Sequence record: MG748547
DNA length: 64,000 nt
Reading direction: 5' to 3' (one strand)
From: Escherichia phage EP75
Shown here: positions 58,654 to 64,000 of the stretch, piece after piece
How positions within the stretch are numbered: position 1 is the first letter of the stretch
How the letters are laid out: the number at the start of each line of letters is the position of its first letter
Translations under genes and position numbers: made by a program
Notes under the pieces: model-generated
Database searches by the model: none
Told to the model about the DNA's origin: nothing
Seen by the model: only the letters and a program-made list of their open reading frames with translations

Positions 58654-58660
58654 CTAAATA
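58654..58660 (+). promoter_or_regulatory. late-promoter-like motif CTAAATA
   Basis: upstream of scaffold gene. Confidence 0.4.
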
Positions 58661-58688
58661 CTGAAAAATCGTTCAGAAGGAAACTATC

Positions 58689-59525
58689 ATGAAACCTGAA
58701 TTGCAAAACCTGTTTGAAGGCGTTAACGGCATCAGCCCAGATTTCCTGGATAAAGTATCCAATCTGCTGGAATCTAAAGTTGAAGCGGCTCGTCTGAAAG
58801 CTATCCAAGAAACCGAAGCAGCTGGCAACGCCGAGCGCCTGAATCTGGTCGAATCCCACCAGAAAGAAATCGCCGACCTGAAAGAAAATTTCATTCTGCA
58901 ATTGGCTGGGAAAGTTGACTCATTCCTCAATGCGGTAGTTGAAGAATGGGCTAACAAAAATGCCCCAGCTATTGACGCTCAGATCAAAACTGAAGCTGCT
59001 GAACGCTTCCTCACTGGTTTCTCCAACGTTCTGAAAGAAGCAGGTGTGAATTTCGCTACTGACCCAGACGGTCAGATCGCTGCTCTTACCAGTCGCCTTG
59101 CTGAAGCAGAACAACGCGCCAACATGGCTAATACCGAATTGAACCAACTCAAAGAAAGCGAAACTAAACGCCAGCGCACTGACGTGATTGATCGCATCTG
59201 TGAAGGTATGGTTGACACCAAGAAAGACACTGTCGTCAACCTGCTGGAAGGTATTGAATTCCAGACCGAATCTGAATTCGAATCACGTGTTCGCACCTTC
59301 CGCAATCTGGTAGAAGGCAAAGATGACTTCTCTGACAAAGTCGGCAAAGACAATGAAAAGGGTAAGCCAAATGGCGACAAAGATGAAAAGGACATCAAAG
59401 AAGGCAAAAAACCGAAAAAAGAAGGCGATGACAAAGACGACGATGATGACGATGACAAAGACGAAGTTGGTAAAGAAGTCAACGAATCCGTCCGTCGCCA
59501 GATCAGCGCCTTGCTGAACGGCTAA
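58689..59525 (+). CDS. prohead scaffolding protein (gp22-like)
   Basis: helical, highly charged, KDDDDDDDKDE tract near C-terminus. Confidence 0.65.
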   Translation: MKPELQNLFEGVNGISPDFLDKVSNLLESKVEAARLKAIQETEAAGNAERLNLVESHQKEIADLKENFILQLAGKVDSFLNAVVEEWANKNAPAIDAQIKTEAAERFLTGFSNVLKEAGVNFATDPDGQIAALTSRLAEAEQRANMANTELNQLKESETKRQRTDVIDRICEGMVDTKKDTVVNLLEGIEFQTESEFESRVRTFRNLVEGKDDFSDKVGKDNEKGKPNGDKDEKDIKEGKKPKKEGDDKDDDDDDDKDEVGKEVNESVRRQISALLNG

Positions 59526-59616
59526 TTTTAGCAGCCACAGCCCTCGAAAGGGGGCTTGATTTTGAACTACTAAGTAATTTCAACTTAACTGAATATCAAT
59601 GTAAGGAACGAGCATC

Positions 59617-60939
59617 ATGACTAAGAAACTTGTAACCGAAGAAATGCGCAAACAGTGGCTGCCAGTTCTCCAAAAAGAATCTGAAGCCATCCAACCTCTG
59701 TCTGCCGAAAACGTAACCATCCGTCTGATGCAAAACCAGGCCGAGTGGAACGCTAAAAACCTGGGCGAATCCGACGCTCCTGGTTCTGTAAACAGCACTG
59801 TCGGTAAATGGCAGCCAGTCCTGATCGACATGGCAAAACGTCTGGCGCCGATCAACATCGCAATGGACTTCTTCGGAGTTCAGCCGCTGTCTGGTCCTGA
59901 CGGTCAGATCTTTGCGCTGCGTGCTCGCCAAGGTATTGGTGACGGTTCCACCACCGCACAGGCGCGTAAAGAACTGTTCATGAACGAAGCCGATTCTGGC
60001 TACTCTGGTGATGGCACTGTACAGGCTGGTGACCCGTCAGGCTTCAGTCAGGCTGAGATCGAAGGTTCTGGCTCTGCTGTGACCACTATCGGTAAAGGTA
60101 TGCCGTCATCCGACGCGGAACTGCTGGGTACTACCACCAATCCGTGGGCGCGTGTTGGTATCACCGTTCAGAAAGCGACCGTTACTGCCAAGTCTCGTGG
60201 TCTGTATGCTGATTACAGCCATGAACTGCGTCAGGATATGATGGCAATTCACGGCGAAGACGTGGATAATATCCTGTCTGACGTGATGGTAACTGAAATT
60301 CAGGCGGAAATGAACCGTGAATTCATCCGTACCATGAACTTCAGTGCTGTTCGCTTCAAAAAATTCGGCACCAACGGTGTTGTTGATATCGCGCAGGACA
60401 TCTCTGGTCGTTGGGCGCTGGAAAAATGGAAGTTCCTGACTTTCATGCTGGAAGTTGAAGCGAACGGTATCGGTGTTGACACCCGTCGTGGTAAAGGCAA
60501 CCGTGTTCTGTGTTCTCCGAACGTGGCATCCGCTCTGGCGATGTCTGGCATGCTGGACTATGCTCCGGTTCTGCAGGAAAACACCAAGCTGGCTGTTGAT
60601 CCGACCGGCCAGACCTTCGCGGGTGTTCTGTCCAACGGTATGCGCGTCTATGTTGACCCGTATGCTGTAGCAGAATATATCACCCTGGCGTACAAAGGCG
60701 CGACCGCGCTGGATGCTGGTATCTTCTTCGCGCCGTATGTGCCGCTGGAAATGTACCGCACCCAGGGTGAAACCACCTTCGCTCCGCGTATGGCGTTCAA
60801 AACCCGTTACGGCATCTGTGCTAACCCGTTCGTTCAGATTCCGGCTAACCAAGACCCGCAGGTTTACGTGACTGCTGACGGTATTGCTCAAGACAGCAAC
60901 CCGTATTTCAGGAAAGGTCTGATAAAGTCGCTGTTTTAA
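59617..60939 (+). CDS. major capsid protein (gp23-like)
   Basis: extensive motif agreement with T4 gp23 (FGVQPLSGPDGQIFALRA, AKSRGL, AGVLSNGMRVYVDPYA, FKTRYGICANPF). Confidence 0.9.
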   Translation: MTKKLVTEEMRKQWLPVLQKESEAIQPLSAENVTIRLMQNQAEWNAKNLGESDAPGSVNSTVGKWQPVLIDMAKRLAPINIAMDFFGVQPLSGPDGQIFALRARQGIGDGSTTAQARKELFMNEADSGYSGDGTVQAGDPSGFSQAEIEGSGSAVTTIGKGMPSSDAELLGTTTNPWARVGITVQKATVTAKSRGLYADYSHELRQDMMAIHGEDVDNILSDVMVTEIQAEMNREFIRTMNFSAVRFKKFGTNGVVDIAQDISGRWALEKWKFLTFMLEVEANGIGVDTRRGKGNRVLCSPNVASALAMSGMLDYAPVLQENTKLAVDPTGQTFAGVLSNGMRVYVDPYAVAEYITLAYKGATALDAGIFFAPYVPLEMYRTQGETTFAPRMAFKTRYGICANPFVQIPANQDPQVYVTADGIAQDSNPYFRKGLIKSLF

Positions 60940-60968
60940 TAGCTAAAACAAAGACTTACGCTATAATC

Positions 60969-60998
60969 AAACCCCGCCATATGCGGGGTTTTCTTTTC
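60969..60998 (+). terminator. rho-independent terminator CCCCGC-CATAT-GCGGGG-TTTTCTTTT
   Basis: read directly after capsid gene. Confidence 0.6.
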
Positions 60999-61036
60999 TA
61001 AGATATGGGGTTATATTACTCAGAAAGGAGATCATT

Positions 61037-61882
61037 ATGACCCCGTATGTGTACAGAATAAAATCTAAACAAGGACATTTCTATTACGGATGTCGTTATT
61101 CCAAAGATTGCCATCCCGATGATTTGTGGGCAACATATTTCACTTCTTCCTCCCTGGTTAAATCTTTAATAGAAGAAAATGGGTTAGAATTCTTTGACAC
61201 CAAGATTGTTATGGTATGTGAAACTCCAGAAGATGCTCTGCGCGTAGAAGGATTATTAATATCAAAGACTCATAAGTTTCCTGGCTGTTTGAATCAATTC
61301 CTTTGTCGTAAAGATGGGACGCCTGTCCACCTGGGTACATATGGCACTCCTTCTGAAAAGGTACGACAGAAAATTTCTTCGTCAAACAAAGGTAAAAAGA
61401 GGACAAAGGAGACAAGAGAAAGAATTAAGTTAGGGAAAACAGGAACCACTTGGTCTGAAGCACAAAGGGATGGTGTCAAGGCTTTCCAACAAACAGAAGC
61501 GTACCAACAATTAAGAAACAAAATCAATACAACCAATAAGAATAGAACAAAAACTCCCGAAGAGTTGGCTTCCATTTCAGCTTCCCTGAGAGGACGTAAG
61601 AAGCCCGCTGGATTTGGGGAAAAGGTATCAGCCACCAATAAAGTAAGAAACTCTTCTCTGAGCATTTGGCAAACGAATAGAGCCAAACCATTACAACACG
61701 TTTGGGCTATGGCCGACCAATTCTATCAATTATGGAAGAATGAAGGTTGGGGGCATGAACGATTTTGTAACCGGATGAACGACGGGAATAATATTCGAGT
61801 GTTCTATAACATGTACAAAATGTTCAAATACGAAAATTGGGTTCCTATGGAAGACCCTGAATGGGTAAAAGATTTCATGTAG
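61037..61882 (+). mobile_element. GIY-YIG-like homing endonuclease (Seg-like) with NUMOD-type repeats
   Basis: YVYRIKSKQGHFYYGCRY at N-terminus; repeated basic motifs (TKETRERIKLGKTG; TPEELASISASLRGRK). Confidence 0.5.
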
Positions 61883-61942
61883 TTTTTCTTTATCTACCCT
61901 CAGTGCTATCATGATATTGTCTATCACTGAGAGATCTATATT

Positions 61943-62383
61943 ATGTCAAAAGAAAAATACATATTCATCAGCCCCGCTACGAAAGAGTTCTTCATCTCTG
62001 ACGTGAAAGATCGTGTTGAGAAGTTCCGCTACATGCGCAGCTATGGTCTGGCATCCGGTGATATTGATTATCAGTCACTGGACAATGATCGCCAAGATCT
62101 GATCGACGACGGTTGGCGTTTAGTTCCGTCCCCTCAGTACATTCATATCACGTTGTACTATATGAAGGACAGCGGGAAGTTCTATTCCGAAGGTGAACTC
62201 GTACTCAATCGAGGAGAAGCAGAAGCCGAACCTGCCAAAACCTGGATGTTGGCGATGGATCAGATCCGTGAATTGCTGGACTCCGGTAATCTGCCTGGCC
62301 TGATCAAGGGTTCAAAATTCGACGTGTTCGTTACTGGCCAGGGTCATCCTGGTGGATACCCACATCTGTTCCGTATTAACTGA
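61943..62383 (+). CDS. hypothetical protein
   Basis: 146-aa ORF. Confidence 0.45.
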   Translation: MSKEKYIFISPATKEFFISDVKDRVEKFRYMRSYGLASGDIDYQSLDNDRQDLIDDGWRLVPSPQYIHITLYYMKDSGKFYSEGELVLNRGEAEAEPAKTWMLAMDQIRELLDSGNLPGLIKGSKFDVFVTGQGHPGGYPHLFRIN

Positions 62384-62391
62384 GGTCAATT

Positions 62392-62766
62392 ATGAGCAAT
62401 TTACCACTGCTTCAAGTCGGTGACGTATTCATTCTCACAGAAGAAATGACCATTGAAACTCAGGTGCCTAAGCATTTCTTGTATTCTAATTGCAAGGGAG
62501 ATTGGCAAACGGACTCTGGTTATATCACCCCTGAGGGATTCTTCGGTTACATGCAAGGGCATTATGTCGTTACCAAAACAGCCCTACAAGGCGGTAGCAC
62601 TGGTCATGATCCATACCCTGACGGCCATCATGTTTGGGCACAGCATACCGAAAATGAACGCATCAGAATCTGTTTCTATCAGACAGGTAGTTTCAGGAAT
62701 ATGCACCGGAATGTTCCAGTAGTCGGAAAGGCTAAGGCGCAAACATGGACTTGGGAGAAATTATGA
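62392..62766 (+). CDS. hypothetical protein
   Basis: 124-aa ORF. Confidence 0.45.
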   Translation: MSNLPLLQVGDVFILTEEMTIETQVPKHFLYSNCKGDWQTDSGYITPEGFFGYMQGHYVVTKTALQGGSTGHDPYPDGHHVWAQHTENERIRICFYQTGSFRNMHRNVPVVGKAKAQTWTWEKL

Positions 62767-62999
62767 AAATCAAAAAGATAGGTGCAAGCCCATTGACGGG
62801 AACAATCTTCCAGGGTACTTTGAACACCAAGACCAGTATGTGGGTCGGTGAGAAGACTGATGTGACCGAGGACTGTGTAGCGGCCACGGCCGAACACTTG
62901 CGCCACATTAAAAAGAAATACTGCTGGCCGACAACCGACGGCAAGTTCTTAGTGTTGTCTGCTCAGGTGTATGACACCCTCCCTGACGAATTCAAATAG
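62763..62999 (+). CDS. hypothetical small protein
   Basis: trimmed to MKIKKIG with GGAGAAATT RBS overlapping upstream stop. Confidence 0.35.
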   Translation: MKIKKIGASPLTGTIFQGTLNTKTSMWVGEKTDVTEDCVAATAEHLRHIKKKYCWPTTDGKFLVLSAQVYDTLPDEFK

Positions 63000-63021
63000 T
63001 TAAAAGAATTCAATAAACGGG

Positions 63022-63050
63022 GTTTACTTCTTCAATAAACCCCGTATACT
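63022..63050 (+). promoter_or_regulatory. T4-early-like sigma70 promoter GTTTAC-N17-TATACT overlapping hairpin CGGGGTTTA/TAAACCCCG
   Basis: GTTTACTTCTTCAATAAACCCCGTATACT; same as 16141..16169. Confidence 0.5.
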
Positions 63051-63099
63051 TCATTCCATAAGCAGCACAACACTGACTCTGAAATGAAGGAACTACACC

Positions 63100-63537
63100 A
63101 TGACCACAGCAAAAGTTACCATCTACGCTTTCGACGCTTTCTCTAAATTCGACGCATTCGTCTCCTCCGCATTTGGTATCAAAGAAGTTGAAGCAGAGAA
63201 AACTTTCTGTGGTGGACTCGGCAAGTTTGCCAACCTGAGTTTATCCCTGACAGAGTTCATGAAATCTCTTGAAGGTCACTTTGACGCCGAAACCATTCGC
63301 ACTTCCTTACTCAAGAAAGACGGCACCCCTCGCAAACTGTCTGGCAAGACTAGAATTTACGATGCTGACGGCTTTACTGTGTCTGTGCATTTTACTGAAG
63401 AACCTGTGTACGAACTTTTCAGCGGGTCTGAAGACCTCACTCACTATGTGGTCAGGAAAGGCGATTCCCGCCCTGTGTTCGAATCTGGCGACATCCTCGC
63501 CGCTATCAAAGAACTTGCGCGTCTGAATAGCCTCTAA
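63100..63537 (+). CDS. hypothetical protein
   Basis: 145-aa ORF downstream of early-like promoter. Confidence 0.5.
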   Translation: MTTAKVTIYAFDAFSKFDAFVSSAFGIKEVEAEKTFCGGLGKFANLSLSLTEFMKSLEGHFDAETIRTSLLKKDGTPRKLSGKTRIYDADGFTVSVHFTEEPVYELFSGSEDLTHYVVRKGDSRPVFESGDILAAIKELARLNSL

Positions 63538-63612
63538 CAGACGTTTGTTCTAAACCTTTGAACGGGGTATGGTTAATCCATACCCTATCCCATACAAATA
63601 GAGGACTTTATC

Positions 63613-63957
63613 ATGACTACAAGAATCCCACCGCAGTCGATTGAAATCTCGAAGGTCGTCAATATCGAACCTCGTCGCGGAACCCGTAAACCCCGCACGG
63701 GGCGTCATTTGACAACCAAGCTGGATCTTCTGAAACAGAAGTTTAGCGACCACAGTGTGTTTACCCGTATCCGCAACGCATTAAAGGAAGGGCGAACCGA
63801 GTTGGAGCTATATCGCCCAAACGGTTCGACTCGTGCGTATCAGACCACCGACGGTTTGCTGGAACTGATCCGCCTCTCGGGAATGAGCATAGAACCTCGT
63901 TCATCAGGGACTCCCTTGTGCAGCCTGTACGTCATCAGCAATCTTGGGGCACTGTGA
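63613..63957 (+). CDS. hypothetical protein
   Basis: 114-aa ORF. Confidence 0.45.
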   Translation: MTTRIPPQSIEISKVVNIEPRRGTRKPRTGRHLTTKLDLLKQKFSDHSVFTRIRNALKEGRTELELYRPNGSTRAYQTTDGLLELIRLSGMSIEPRSSGTPLCSLYVISNLGAL

Positions 63958-64000
63958 GTTCTATGAAGAAATATGTCGTGCTCATCACAGGTTCCCGCTC

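Noticed and set aside
59072-59482. 136-aa minus-strand Ser/Leu-rich ORF
   Set aside because: Antisense to the K/E/D-rich scaffold gene, a codon-complement artefact.
60106-60891. 261-aa minus-strand ORF
   Set aside because: Antisense to the major capsid gene.
1-64000. CRISPR array or integrase/transposase-type mobile element
   Set aside because: No short direct repeats with unique spacers, no integrase or transposase-like ORFs; the only mobile elements are homing-endonuclease genes and the intein.

Overview
This window looks like part of a large virulent myovirus of the T4 superfamily, with an architecture most consistent with ViI-like (Ackermannviridae-type) phages. All calls are from reading the sequence and ORF translations by eye; no searches or folding were run. 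Left third (1-21.3 kb): almost entirely minus-strand genes, including rIIA, a family-B DNA polymerase, small membrane proteins, and a candidate DNA-base hypermodification set (P-loop kinase, 411-aa enzyme, HAD phosphatase, PLP-dependent enzyme). Middle (21.3-25 kb): a minus-strand tRNA / structured-RNA region with three tRNAs I could fold by hand (Tyr-GTA, Asn-GTT, Met-CAT), several long inverted repeats and unparsed tRNA-like T-arms. Right (25.9-61 kb): plus-strand late morphogenesis genes in T4-like order (gp6 baseplate wedge, four tail spikes sharing one module, a 1612-aa structural protein, neck gp13/gp14, gp15, terminase small/large, sheath, tube, portal, prohead protease, scaffold, major capsid). 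This block is interrupted by three GIY-YIG homing endonucleases, a T5orf172-like endonuclease cassette flanked by a duplicated promoter/gene start, and a 162-aa mini-intein in the terminase Walker A motif. A recurring CTAAATA motif sits upstream of the late genes, and a TTCAATAAA-plus-hairpin promoter-like element recurs at early genes. The most interesting items are the terminase intein, the candidate thymidine-hypermodification genes, a small PARP-like (H-Y-E) putative ADP-ribosyltransferase, and the unexplained hairpin-rich RNA region.
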